64,000 nt of DNA from Actinomycetota bacterium (GTDB lineage Bacteria; Actinomycetota; Acidimicrobiia; Acidimicrobiales; JAMCPL01): NCBI GenBank assembly GCA_023379675.1, contig JAMCPL010000008.1, forward strand, positions 30,720 to 94,719, read 5' to 3'. Under the pieces are notes generated by a model, which saw only the letters and a list, made by a program, of their open reading frames with translations, did not search any database and was not told the origin of the DNA. The number at the start of each line of letters is the position of its first letter. The stretch's first letter is position 1. The translations under genes and the position numbers were made by a program. This document shows positions 39,226 to 48,919 of the stretch, one piece after another.

Positions 39226-41004
39226 ATGCAGGTAACGGGAATTCTTCGGTCACCACAAGACGAGACCACTTCTCACGGTCCTCTTTCCTCGAAAAGAAAG
39301 GCTGCCATCCTGGCTGTCCTCTGTATTTCCATATTGATGACTACGCTGGACAATACCGTCCTGAATGTCGCTCTCCCTACCCTGGCGCGGCAACTTCACT
39401 CAACGGTTAGCGATTTACAGTGGATCGTAGACGCCTACACCCTGGTCTTTGCTGGGCTGGAAATCACGGCAGGCAACATTGGAGACCGCTACGGTCGTAA
39501 AGGTATACTGTTTGGCGGCATGGCCGTATTCGGTCTGGGTTCGGCAATGTCAGCATTCTCCACTTCCTCCTCGGAGCTCATTGCATTCAGATGCGTCATG
39601 GGAGTAGGTGGGGCCTTTGTGATGCCGGCTACCCTTGCAGTCATCATGGACGTATTTGTAGATCCACACGAAAGGGCAAAGGCCATAGGGATATGGTCAG
39701 GTGCTTCCGGCTTGGGCGTGGCCATAGGACCGATACTGGGCGGGGTGCTACTGGCCCATTACTGGTGGGGCTCCGTATTCCTTATCAATGTTCCAATAGT
39801 AGTATTTGGCCTGGTGACCATAGCCTTTCTGGTGCCACCCTCAAGGGATCCGAGGACACGCCCACCCGACCCTGTAGGTTCCATGCTCTCCATAGCAGGT
39901 ATAGGCATGCTGGTATGGGGCATCATAGACGTACCGATCAATGGCTGGGGCGATCCTACTGTACCGGTAGCCATGGCGGCAGGTGCTGTGATCATGGGGC
40001 TCATGGTGCTGTGGGAAAGGCATTCAGCACATCCTATGCTTAACATGTCCCTCTTCAAGAAGAGAAGGTTCACCGCCGCCGCCGCCTCGCTGACGCTCAC
40101 GTTCTTCGCACTGGCAGGGGTGATGTTCCTGATGACCCAGTACATGCAGTCTGTGCTGGGATACTCCCCCATCCACATGGGCTTTGCGATAGCACCAGTG
40201 TCGGTACTGCTTGCCGGCGGTGCTGTCCTGTCGAGTTTTCTCGTGCCGCGTATCGGGACCAAGATAGTAGTCTCAGTAGGCCTTGGAGCGATTATCGCTG
40301 GCCTACTGCTGCTGTCAAACCTTACTGTCAAGGAGCAGTACACCAGCCTGCTGGCTCCGCTGTTCCTCATCGGCGCAGGTGTGGGTATTGCCATGCCGCC
40401 ATCCACCGATTCCATCATGGGTTCGTTCTCTCATGAGGAATCCGGGGTGGGTTCCGCCATGAATGGCACTGCATTACAGCTCGGCGGCACGCTTGGTGTC
40501 GCTGTAATCGGAAGTATGCTCAATGCTCGTTACAGAGCGGGAATTACGCCCCTCCTGGTCGGGCAGAAAGTTCCTACTCAAGCACTCCACTATATAGAGG
40601 GGTCGTTGGCGGGTGCTCTTGCGGTAGCAGGATACGTATCCTCTCATGTAAGTGCCAAGCTGGGTGTGGAACTTGCCGCAGTGGCAAAGCACTATTTCAC
40701 CATAGGGGTGAACCAGGCCAATCTTATCGGTGCAGGATGCACATTTTTGGGGGTACTCATAGCCTTTATTTTTCTACCCTCGAGGCCACACCCGGAAGAC
40801 CAGGCTCGCGAAGCTGAAAGGCTCGAAACAGCAAAGAAAAGTTACAGGACAGCACCGAACACTGATAGTACCACCAACGCATTTACCGAACATGATCATG
40901 AAGTCGGTCAAGAAGAAAGTTCGGCTTCAGCCAGTACAAAGCATTCTGGCAACGTGCCAGATCATATCGCTGACACAGATGAAGCCAGCACGGATCACTA
41001 TTAG
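39226..41004 (+). CDS. DHA2 (EmrB/QacA) MFS efflux transporter
   Basis: LDNTVLNVALP, LQWIVDAYTLVFA, GDRYGRK, WWGSVFLINVP. Confidence 0.92.
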   Translation: MQVTGILRSPQDETTSHGPLSSKRKAAILAVLCISILMTTLDNTVLNVALPTLARQLHSTVSDLQWIVDAYTLVFAGLEITAGNIGDRYGRKGILFGGMAVFGLGSAMSAFSTSSSELIAFRCVMGVGGAFVMPATLAVIMDVFVDPHERAKAIGIWSGASGLGVAIGPILGGVLLAHYWWGSVFLINVPIVVFGLVTIAFLVPPSRDPRTRPPDPVGSMLSIAGIGMLVWGIIDVPINGWGDPTVPVAMAAGAVIMGLMVLWERHSAHPMLNMSLFKKRRFTAAAASLTLTFFALAGVMFLMTQYMQSVLGYSPIHMGFAIAPVSVLLAGGAVLSSFLVPRIGTKIVVSVGLGAIIAGLLLLSNLTVKEQYTSLLAPLFLIGAGVGIAMPPSTDSIMGSFSHEESGVGSAMNGTALQLGGTLGVAVIGSMLNARYRAGITPLLVGQKVPTQALHYIEGSLAGALAVAGYVSSHVSAKLGVELAAVAKHYFTIGVNQANLIGAGCTFLGVLIAFIFLPSRPHPEDQAREAERLETAKKSYRTAPNTDSTTNAFTEHDHEVGQEESSASASTKHSGNVPDHIADTDEASTDHY

Positions 41005-41215
41005 GCGGCTTTGCGTTTACTTCTGACTCACACAGGCATTTTTTTCTCAAAAACCCACTGTTGCCATGTCCCGTAGTGTAAACTACCAGTCATAGTAGCT
41101 ATGCTACCGCTAAAGGCCATTTCACCTGGTCTTATGTACTGATGGCATTGCGTCAGGATATAGCGGGGCATTGCAGGATTAAAGCGTTTACGTATAGTGA
41201 AAGGGGCAAACTCCA

Positions 41216-43345
41216 TTGAGCAGTACCACCAGTACCATGGACTCCGGCACCGGAGGAGCGCAGTCATCGTCGCCGAAGGGACGATTCCGATTCATCATTG
41301 ACAGGTCGATGGACATATACCCGGATACCGCCCCCAGATATACCTATCTGGGGATCACCGTGGCAATCACCATAGTGCTCTACTACCTGTACTTCGTGGA
41401 GGGGGCCGTCACTCCTCTCATGCTGCCCTACTATCACATGTCCTTCCTCTACTTCATGACGCTGGTGGTGATCGGCAATGCCGCCGCCGCTGTAACTGCC
41501 CTTGTCGGCGGTCTGTCGGACAAGATAGGCAGGGTGAACCTTACGATCTATGGAGTGCTGGCAGTGGCGTTGCTGCAGCTTCTCGCCATACCGAACATCC
41601 ACTCGGAACTGGGCTTCGGTATCGCTTACACCGCAATAGGCTTTGCTGAAGGGATCGTACTGGTTTCCACCCCGGCGCTGATAAGAGATTTCTCTCCGCA
41701 GATGGGCCGGGCATCGGCCATGGGATTCTGGACTCTCGGTCCGGTAATAGGAAGCCTGGCGGCCACCTTGGTTGCCGAGCATACGCTTGCCCATCTACAT
41801 CCCTGGCAGGATCAGTTCATCATCTCTGGCATTGTGGCGCTGGTGATCTTTATCGTAGCTTTCGTCGGCCTTCGCGAGCTGTCGCCGGGACTGCGTGACC
41901 AGCTGATGGTATCGGAAAAGGAAAGAGCGCTCGTCCAGGCGCGAGCCAAGGGCATTGACATAGAGAAATCCCTGAAAAGTCCGCTGCGCACCATGTTCAA
42001 GTGGGACCTAATCGTTTCCGCTTTCGGCATCTCTACATTCCTACTCATCTATTATGCGGCCGTCACGGTGTTCACCCTCTATTTTGTCGTAGTCTTCGGC
42101 CAGAGCACCGCCAATGCCAATGGCATAGACACCTGGTACTGGGCATTCGATGCAATAGCCCTCGTTGTCATGGGCATCCTCTCGGACAAGTTGCGAGTAC
42201 GCAAGCCATTCATGCTGGTGGGAGCAATCGGCATGATTGTGGCCACGTATATTTTCTTGAGCAAGGTCCATTCTCCGGCTACCGGGTACTACACGCTGGT
42301 ATGGATCGTTGTATTCATCGGCATATTCGACGCAATGGCCTACGCTCCGTGGATGGCCGCTTATACCGAAGCGGTGGAGGAAAAGAATCCTGCCCTCTCA
42401 GCGACCGGACTTGCTGTATGGGGATGGGTGCTGCGAATAGTCATTGCCGCCTCCTTCCTGGTGATGCCAAGAGTCATTTCCACCGCATCGACACTTGTCG
42501 ACAACCAGACCTCCGCCACAACGCTTCAAACCCTGAAGTCGGCCTCGCCGTATGTCACCAACCACAAGCCTGCTCCTCCTGATGTGCTCGCAGCACTGAA
42601 GGCGACGGGCGAGCCTTACGGTAAGGCACTTGCGGCCTACCTTGCAACTCCGGAAAGCGTAAATACCGTCAGCACCCTTCAGGCACTCGAGGTCGCAGCA
42701 CCGTACGCAACGGCCAAGAAACCGGCCCCTGCAACGGTGGTTACTGATCTGAAGGCGACACACGAGCCCTACAGCCTAGCACTGGCTGATTACATCTCCA
42801 GCGGGTACAACTTCGCCGCCGTACCCCATCCCCTATTCAACCAGTTGCTTGGCCTGATCAATTTCAGCCCTGCCGCGGCCAGTGTCCAGGCCGGAAAGCC
42901 GGTATCTGCGGCAACGGTGGCCAGTATCAAGAAGTACTCGCCGCAACTCGCCGTCCTGCTCAACAATGAGAAGAGAATAGCCGTAGCTCAACCAGGTGTT
43001 TTCAACCAGCTACAGGGACTGAACTACTTCAGTCCTGCCGCGGCTGGTGTCCAGGCCGGAAAGCCGGTATCTGCGGCAACGGTGGCCAGTATCAAGAAGT
43101 ACTCACCGCAACTCGCCGTACTGCTTAGCGTCGAGAAAAAGGTGATCCCTGCCCAGAAGCACTCCCCCAACCAGTGGGAAGTGTGGTGGTGGGTATGCCT
43201 GGGAGGGCAAGTGCTCTTTCTCATCCTGCTCTTTACCATCAAGGGCAGGTGGAGCCCGAAAGCTGCCAGGAGGGACTTCGAAGAGTACCAGAAAACCATC
43301 GACAAGGAACTGGCCGCTCTGGCGTCCAGTCACACTACGAGCTGA
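41216..43345 (+). CDS. MFS transporter with a large repeat-containing insertion before the last TM helix
   Basis: GLSDKIGR and LSDKLRVRK motif A variants; multiple TM helices; start may be ATG 41237. Confidence 0.85.
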   Translation: MSSTTSTMDSGTGGAQSSSPKGRFRFIIDRSMDIYPDTAPRYTYLGITVAITIVLYYLYFVEGAVTPLMLPYYHMSFLYFMTLVVIGNAAAAVTALVGGLSDKIGRVNLTIYGVLAVALLQLLAIPNIHSELGFGIAYTAIGFAEGIVLVSTPALIRDFSPQMGRASAMGFWTLGPVIGSLAATLVAEHTLAHLHPWQDQFIISGIVALVIFIVAFVGLRELSPGLRDQLMVSEKERALVQARAKGIDIEKSLKSPLRTMFKWDLIVSAFGISTFLLIYYAAVTVFTLYFVVVFGQSTANANGIDTWYWAFDAIALVVMGILSDKLRVRKPFMLVGAIGMIVATYIFLSKVHSPATGYYTLVWIVVFIGIFDAMAYAPWMAAYTEAVEEKNPALSATGLAVWGWVLRIVIAASFLVMPRVISTASTLVDNQTSATTLQTLKSASPYVTNHKPAPPDVLAALKATGEPYGKALAAYLATPESVNTVSTLQALEVAAPYATAKKPAPATVVTDLKATHEPYSLALADYISSGYNFAAVPHPLFNQLLGLINFSPAAASVQAGKPVSAATVASIKKYSPQLAVLLNNEKRIAVAQPGVFNQLQGLNYFSPAAAGVQAGKPVSAATVASIKKYSPQLAVLLSVEKKVIPAQKHSPNQWEVWWWVCLGGQVLFLILLFTIKGRWSPKAARRDFEEYQKTIDKELAALASSHTTS

Positions 43346-43422
43346 TACAGGCTGGACGTAGTCGTTGCACGCTCTGCACGCCTGATCGTGTGGTGACCGC
43401 GGCCCCGTCCGAGGGAGAGGAA

Positions 43423-44325
43423 CTAGGAGTGGATCTTGCCCAGGCGAACCAGTACTTGGTGTGCCGCGCTATCCAGTTCGATGGGTGCAGACCCCAGAGG
43501 CGGTCGGCACTGCCCCGATGGAAGGCCGAGAGCTCTGCACGCGGCTTTGGCGGGCAGGGGGTTTGGAAAGGTCTCGGAGGTTTCGAATAGGTAGGACTCT
43601 ATTAGAGTCGCGTTGGTTGTGGCGGCTCTTTCCGGCCTGCCCTTCTTGAAAGCTGAAATCATCTGGCTGAGTTCCTCGCCTGCCCAATGACCGGCTACGC
43701 TGATCAGGCCCACGGCGCCTATTGATAGGAATGGCAGTGTGAGAGAGTCATCGCCACTGTACATCTCGAAATATCCAGGTGCATCCGCGATGAGTCTGGC
43801 TGCCGAAGGGATATCTCCGGTGGCGTCCTTTATCCCGATTATGTTTTTCACCTCGTTTACCAAGCGTAAAGTGGTGTCTATCGCGATACGACGCCCTGTT
43901 CGCGAAGGTATATCGTACAGTAGTACAGGTAGGCCGGTTGCCTCGCTTGCGGTCTTGAAATGCTCGAAAAGACCCTGCTGGGAAGGGCGTAGGTAGTACG
44001 GAGTCACCAGCAGTATGCCATCCACTTTGCACTCCTGCGCTATCTTGGTCATCTCCACCGTATGGCGCGTATCTGCAGTTCCGGTCGCGGCCATGACCGG
44101 TACGGTGACGTTCCGAGCCACCTCCGACCAGAGCACTCGTTTTTCCTCATCGGAGAGCACCGGACCCTCACCGGTCGAACCAGCAAGCACCAAGCCTTCA
44201 CTACCATGATCGACGAGCCAACGTGCCAGCTTCACTGCACCATCTGCGTCAAAGGAGCCATCTGCAAGAAATGGGCTTACCATAGCGGTCGACAGCGCAC
44301 CAAACCTCGGTGACGGCCTACTCAT
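43423..44325 (-). CDS. dapA: 4-hydroxy-tetrahydrodipicolinate synthase
   Basis: GSTGE, LLVTPYY, LYDIPSRTG, IGIKDATGD; ATGA overlap with the upstream ROK gene. Confidence 0.93.
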   Translation of the reverse strand: MSRPSPRFGALSTAMVSPFLADGSFDADGAVKLARWLVDHGSEGLVLAGSTGEGPVLSDEEKRVLWSEVARNVTVPVMAATGTADTRHTVEMTKIAQECKVDGILLVTPYYLRPSQQGLFEHFKTASEATGLPVLLYDIPSRTGRRIAIDTTLRLVNEVKNIIGIKDATGDIPSAARLIADAPGYFEMYSGDDSLTLPFLSIGAVGLISVAGHWAGEELSQMISAFKKGRPERAATTNATLIESYLFETSETFPNPLPAKAACRALGLPSGQCRPPLGSAPIELDSAAHQVLVRLGKIHS

Positions 44326-45104
44326 AAAGTATCCACCACTCCCAGATGGCCAGTGTCCCATAGTCTTACGCCACCAAGTATACCGGCGGAGTTGTCGATG
44401 ATCACGCAGTCAGGCGGAAGCTCCATAGTGAGCTTCTTGGCATTACCGCCACCGACGAAGCACTTGTCGAAAAACACCAGATTGCGCAGTATATCCAGTG
44501 TCCTTAACACCCTTTTGGTCCATTTGTGTTCCCCTACTTCGCGCAGCGCACTGTCACCCACATAATCGTTGTACGTTTCGTCACCGTGCAGCGGATGATG
44601 CGCAAACTCCATATGGGGCAACAAGCCTCCATTGTAGAACAGGGCGGTTCCGCAGCCGGTGCCGAGAGTGACCACCAGCTCGAGCCCCTTGCCCTCCACC
44701 ACAGCGGCCCCCTGTACATCGGCATCGTTAGCCACCCTGGTCGGTTTCCCGAGTACGTCCTCAAGGGCATTCGCAAGGTCAAAATTATGCCATGCAGTAA
44801 CAAGATCTTTGTCAATAGGAGTACCAAGCCCACCAATCCGTGAGAATTGCGGAGCGGTGATGACAATACCGTGGCGCACCATGCCGTTGAATCCAACAGA
44901 CACCCTATCGTACTCAACCAGCTTGCCTGCCATGGATGCGAGTGAATCCACCAAGCGCTCCGGGCTCAGCGGGTAAGGAGTCTCGATCCTCAGCTTCTCT
45001 GTAACCATCCGCGCCCGCGCATCCAAGACGGCAGCCTTCAATCCGCTGCCTCCAATATCCACACCCAGCGTAAAAGGATGCGATAGCTCATCACTATCCG
45101 GCAT
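44322..45104 (-). CDS. ROK family kinase, polyphosphate glucokinase-like
   Basis: GVDIGGSGLK, ANDADVQG, TLGTGCGTALF, VGGGNAKKL. Confidence 0.85.
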   Translation of the reverse strand: MPDSDELSHPFTLGVDIGGSGLKAAVLDARARMVTEKLRIETPYPLSPERLVDSLASMAGKLVEYDRVSVGFNGMVRHGIVITAPQFSRIGGLGTPIDKDLVTAWHNFDLANALEDVLGKPTRVANDADVQGAAVVEGKGLELVVTLGTGCGTALFYNGGLLPHMEFAHHPLHGDETYNDYVGDSALREVGEHKWTKRVLRTLDILRNLVFFDKCFVGGGNAKKLTMELPPDCVIIDNSAGILGGVRLWDTGHLGVVDTL

Positions 45105-45207
45105 ATGTCTCTTGGTTCGAGTAGGTAAACTAGTACACATCATGGGCTACAAATCATGTCAGTCCATATTGTACCAGCGCGAGCGGCATCTTCACGACTG
45201 AAATCCA

Positions 45208-47028
45208 TCAAGTCTTATTCTCGCGGAGCACGGCAGGCTTTCCCTGGCTATCGGTGCACAATTGCATCACCCCGTCGGTACATAACGACATTACCCGGCC
45301 TACAATAAATCTGTACTTGGAAGTGGTTCTCATGTATGTCATCTTATCCTGTTCGGCCAGTCCCGCCACATGCTTGCCTTTTTCCAATGCCGAGAGAAGG
45401 GAAGCCGTGTAATTCCCCATCTCCTCGAGCATATGTGTTTCCATGTCGCGAGAGACTGCCCTCAGACGTTGCATGAGGTCATAGCGTGCCCTACCAGCGT
45501 GCTTGTCGAGTTCTCTAGTCAGGTAATCCGCGACATGATCGAGCATCTTGCGCCTGGCTATACTCCCGGGGAGCAGCCTGCGTGACACCTTGCTCAGTAG
45601 TTCTATGTCGCTTCCCACGTGGAGGAAGATGAATGTAAACAGTTCATCTTTCGAGTCAACTGTTGGTACGTCTACTTCGGGCAGGGCGATGCCCACAAGC
45701 TCTGAGGCAACTTCACGAATCTTGTTCACCCGCTCCTGGGTCTCCTCTTTCAGTCTTTCAGCTAGTCTGGCCCATTCGCTCTCTGCAAACACAGCCAGTT
45801 CCCTGCGGTATCCGTCAAGCTGGTCGGTTATATATTTCTCTGCAGCGGTCACCAGGTCGTTTTCAAGCGATCTTGTAGTGCCATATGCTGCCGCCCTGAC
45901 AGCGAGCAAATCCTTTCCTTGGGCGGCGCTGCTGCTTACAAACGCCTCCAGCTTCCCGGACAGTTCTTTATCCAGGTCATCTATTCCTTTTTTCAACAGG
46001 ACCCTGGAGTCGTCGAACTTTGATCTTTCAGCAGAGGCGGCCTTTCCCAGCCGCTCCAGTGTGCTGCTTACCTGTTCCAGAGACGCCCTCAAGGTGGAGC
46101 CGGTAATGTCCAGTAACGCATTCCACTCGGAAGCGATCCGGCGGAGTTCCTTTCGTGACGCATCCGCGACCGCCCTGTCGAGAGTCTCGCTGCCGAAGCT
46201 GCGGAGGGTGGCTTCCAGATTACCAAACTCTCCTGAATCGGCGTCAAGCGCACGTCCTACCAGTTTCGCCGATAGCGCTTTGGCGGCTGAGACGTACCAG
46301 ATATTTGAAGGTACCCTATTCAATTCAGTCATTGCACCGTCCACGTAGTCCATGACCTTGTCAAGGTCGCCTGGACCAAGATGGTCTATCTTGTTCACGA
46401 CGTAATAAGTGGCTTTTTCGCGGCGCTGCAGCATCAAGATAAGATCTTTCTCGTGCTGGGAAAGCGGTGCGTCCGCTGAGAGCACGACCACCGCCCCGTC
46501 AGTGTCGAGTATGGCCCTTTGTGCAGCCGCGTCGTTGTGAGCGTTGATCGAGGCAATCCCTGGAGTGTCCACCAGCACGATACCGGGTTCAAGAAGGCCT
46601 GCAGGCCAAGTTACCTCGACTCGTGATACATGCTTCTCATTGCCTGGGTTGCCACATTCAGTTACATAATCTCCAAGGCTGGATGCTGCTATTTCCTGTA
46701 CGGTTCCGTTCTCGTACACCACCACAGCGCCTTTCTCGCCGTATGTGACCTCCACCGCTGTAGCTGTCAGCGGTATTACTCCAGTGGGAAGTACTTGCGC
46801 TCCCAGAAGTGCATTTACGAAGGTCGACTTCCCGCGTTTGAACTCCCCTATGATGCTGATATGAAACTTGCCTGACCCTAGCCTTTCTGCCACGCGCCGT
46901 GTCCTTCTGGACAGTTCTTCCGAATCGTTTTGCATGGCATCCGCCATTTCCAATGCCACAGACTGCAGCAATCCGGCGGTTGGACGTGCCGACTCTGTAC
47001 TTCCACCGTGATATCTCCATATTGACAT
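45208..47028 (-). CDS. Bacterial dynamin-like GTPase
   Basis: G1 GEFKRGKST, G3 DTPG, G4 NKID, long helical C-terminus; AAGGAG RBS. Confidence 0.88.
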   Translation of the reverse strand: MSIWRYHGGSTESARPTAGLLQSVALEMADAMQNDSEELSRRTRRVAERLGSGKFHISIIGEFKRGKSTFVNALLGAQVLPTGVIPLTATAVEVTYGEKGAVVVYENGTVQEIAASSLGDYVTECGNPGNEKHVSRVEVTWPAGLLEPGIVLVDTPGIASINAHNDAAAQRAILDTDGAVVVLSADAPLSQHEKDLILMLQRREKATYYVVNKIDHLGPGDLDKVMDYVDGAMTELNRVPSNIWYVSAAKALSAKLVGRALDADSGEFGNLEATLRSFGSETLDRAVADASRKELRRIASEWNALLDITGSTLRASLEQVSSTLERLGKAASAERSKFDDSRVLLKKGIDDLDKELSGKLEAFVSSSAAQGKDLLAVRAAAYGTTRSLENDLVTAAEKYITDQLDGYRRELAVFAESEWARLAERLKEETQERVNKIREVASELVGIALPEVDVPTVDSKDELFTFIFLHVGSDIELLSKVSRRLLPGSIARRKMLDHVADYLTRELDKHAGRARYDLMQRLRAVSRDMETHMLEEMGNYTASLLSALEKGKHVAGLAEQDKMTYMRTTSKYRFIVGRVMSLCTDGVMQLCTDSQGKPAVLRENKT

Positions 47029-47195
47029 ACAGACTCCTTTTCGGGGATCCATACAGGAGCTATCAGCTGTACAGCGCTTTCGAGGAACCATATATGCTCT
47101 GCAACCAGGCGGACCCGACAGGTACCTGTCCGCAGAGTCAATTCAGTGGAACCGTCCAGCGAGCTCCATCGCTGTAGATGTATTATAGCATTGGC

Positions 47196-48875
47196 ATGGC
47201 AAGGCAGTACAGGACAGATTTGCATCAGCCCAACCGCGGGTCGGATGGAAGCGATACAGTCGTGGAGTGGGAAGAGGCATACCAGGCGGAGCACAAGCGC
47301 AAGCAGGACTTTCGTACACTGTCGGGAATATCGCTCGAACCAGTATACGGCCCAGAAAATGCCGAGATGCCTGGAGTCTATCCATTCACGAGAGGTCCTT
47401 ATGCATCGATGTACCGTACCAAACTATGGACCATGCGGATGTTTGCCGGGTTCGGCACGGCGGAGGAGACCAACGGCCGCTTTCGTAGGCTGTTGGCAAA
47501 TGGCCAGAGTGGCCTTTCGGTGGCATTTGACCTCCCCACCCTGATGGGACGTGATTCCGACGATCCGCGTTCCGAAGGTGAAGTGGGCCGTTGTGGAGTT
47601 GCGGTGGATACTCTCGAGGACATGAAGACGCTCTTCAAGGGAATTGATCTCGATTCGATAAGCACTTCGATGACCATAAATGGCTCCGCCATAGCCCTGC
47701 TGGCTATGTATATCGCAGTAGCAGAGATGCAGGGCGTACAGAGGAAAGCACTGGCTGGTACTATTCAGGCCGACATATTGAAGGAGTACCAAGCTCAGAA
47801 GGAATATATATTCCCGCCTAGGCCGGCTGTGCGCATTGTATCGGACATGATCCGCTACTGTGCCCTGGAGATGCCGAGCTACCATCCAGTATCTGTATCG
47901 GGGTACCACATCAGGGAGGCCGGATCGACTGCAGTACAGGAACTGGCCTTCACTCTTGCAAACGGCTTTGCCTATGTCGAGGAAGTCATGAGAAAGGGCA
48001 TGGATATAGATGACTTTGCACCTGGGCTGTCCTTCTTCTTCAACAGCCACATTGATTTCTTCGAGGAGATAGCCAAGCTGAGAGCCGCCAGGAGGATATG
48101 GGCACGATGGATGAAGGATTATTATCACGCCAGGAACCCTCTTTCCATGAGGTGCCGCTTCCATGTCCAGACTGCGGGATGCTCGCTCACCGCATCGCAG
48201 GCCGAAGTCAACATAGCCAGGACTGCGATAGAGGCTCTGGCCGGTGTCCTGGGCGGTACGCAGAGCCTTCATACCAACTCCATGGATGAAGTTCTTTCTC
48301 TCCCCACGGAGAAAGCGGCTCGTATTGCTTTGCGTACCCAGCAGGTCATAGCTCACGAGACAGGAGTGGCGGATGTGGCAGACCCGCTCGGCGGTAGCTG
48401 GTACGTCGAAAGCCTAACCGAGGAGATGGAACGCCGGGCGGAGGAGATATTTGCAAGGATACTGGAGATGGGTGGCGGTTCTTTTCTTGAAGGTTCTTAT
48501 GCAGGAATAGAACAGGGATGGTACCAGCGGGAGATAGCGGAGGCAGCTTACGAGCAAGAGCGACGCATATCGTCGGGGAACCGTATTTTTGTGGGTGTGA
48601 ACGCTTTCCTGGAGGGGAACGAAGAGGCAATTCCCACCCTGGTAATAGGAGAGGATGCCGAGTCGAGGCAGGTGGATGCTCTGCAACGTGCAAAAGCAAG
48701 CCGCGATGCCAGACTGGTCGCTTCTACTCTGGCTACATTGGTTGCCAGCGCTGGAGATGGGAGCAACCTGGTACCTCCAATGATAGAGGCGGTCAAAGCA
48801 GGCTGTACGGTAGGCGAGACCATGGATGCATTGGCGACAGTATTCGGCACGTATGAAGAGCCGGTATTCACCTAG
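47196..48875 (+). CDS. B12-dependent acyl-CoA mutase large subunit (isobutyryl-CoA mutase-like)
   Basis: PFTRGPY, WTMRMFAGF, SVSGYHIREAG, GGTQSLHTNSMDE; no B12-binding domain. Confidence 0.9.
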   Translation: MARQYRTDLHQPNRGSDGSDTVVEWEEAYQAEHKRKQDFRTLSGISLEPVYGPENAEMPGVYPFTRGPYASMYRTKLWTMRMFAGFGTAEETNGRFRRLLANGQSGLSVAFDLPTLMGRDSDDPRSEGEVGRCGVAVDTLEDMKTLFKGIDLDSISTSMTINGSAIALLAMYIAVAEMQGVQRKALAGTIQADILKEYQAQKEYIFPPRPAVRIVSDMIRYCALEMPSYHPVSVSGYHIREAGSTAVQELAFTLANGFAYVEEVMRKGMDIDDFAPGLSFFFNSHIDFFEEIAKLRAARRIWARWMKDYYHARNPLSMRCRFHVQTAGCSLTASQAEVNIARTAIEALAGVLGGTQSLHTNSMDEVLSLPTEKAARIALRTQQVIAHETGVADVADPLGGSWYVESLTEEMERRAEEIFARILEMGGGSFLEGSYAGIEQGWYQREIAEAAYEQERRISSGNRIFVGVNAFLEGNEEAIPTLVIGEDAESRQVDALQRAKASRDARLVASTLATLVASAGDGSNLVPPMIEAVKAGCTVGETMDALATVFGTYEEPVFT

Positions 48876-48919
48876 GGCATATTCAGTGAGAATTACTATC
48901 GCCTACTCGGATACAACGG

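Noticed and set aside
47029..47195. Cobalamin riboswitch upstream of the mutase
   Set aside because: The region is short and shared with the divergent dynamin gene, and no B12-box consensus was recognised.
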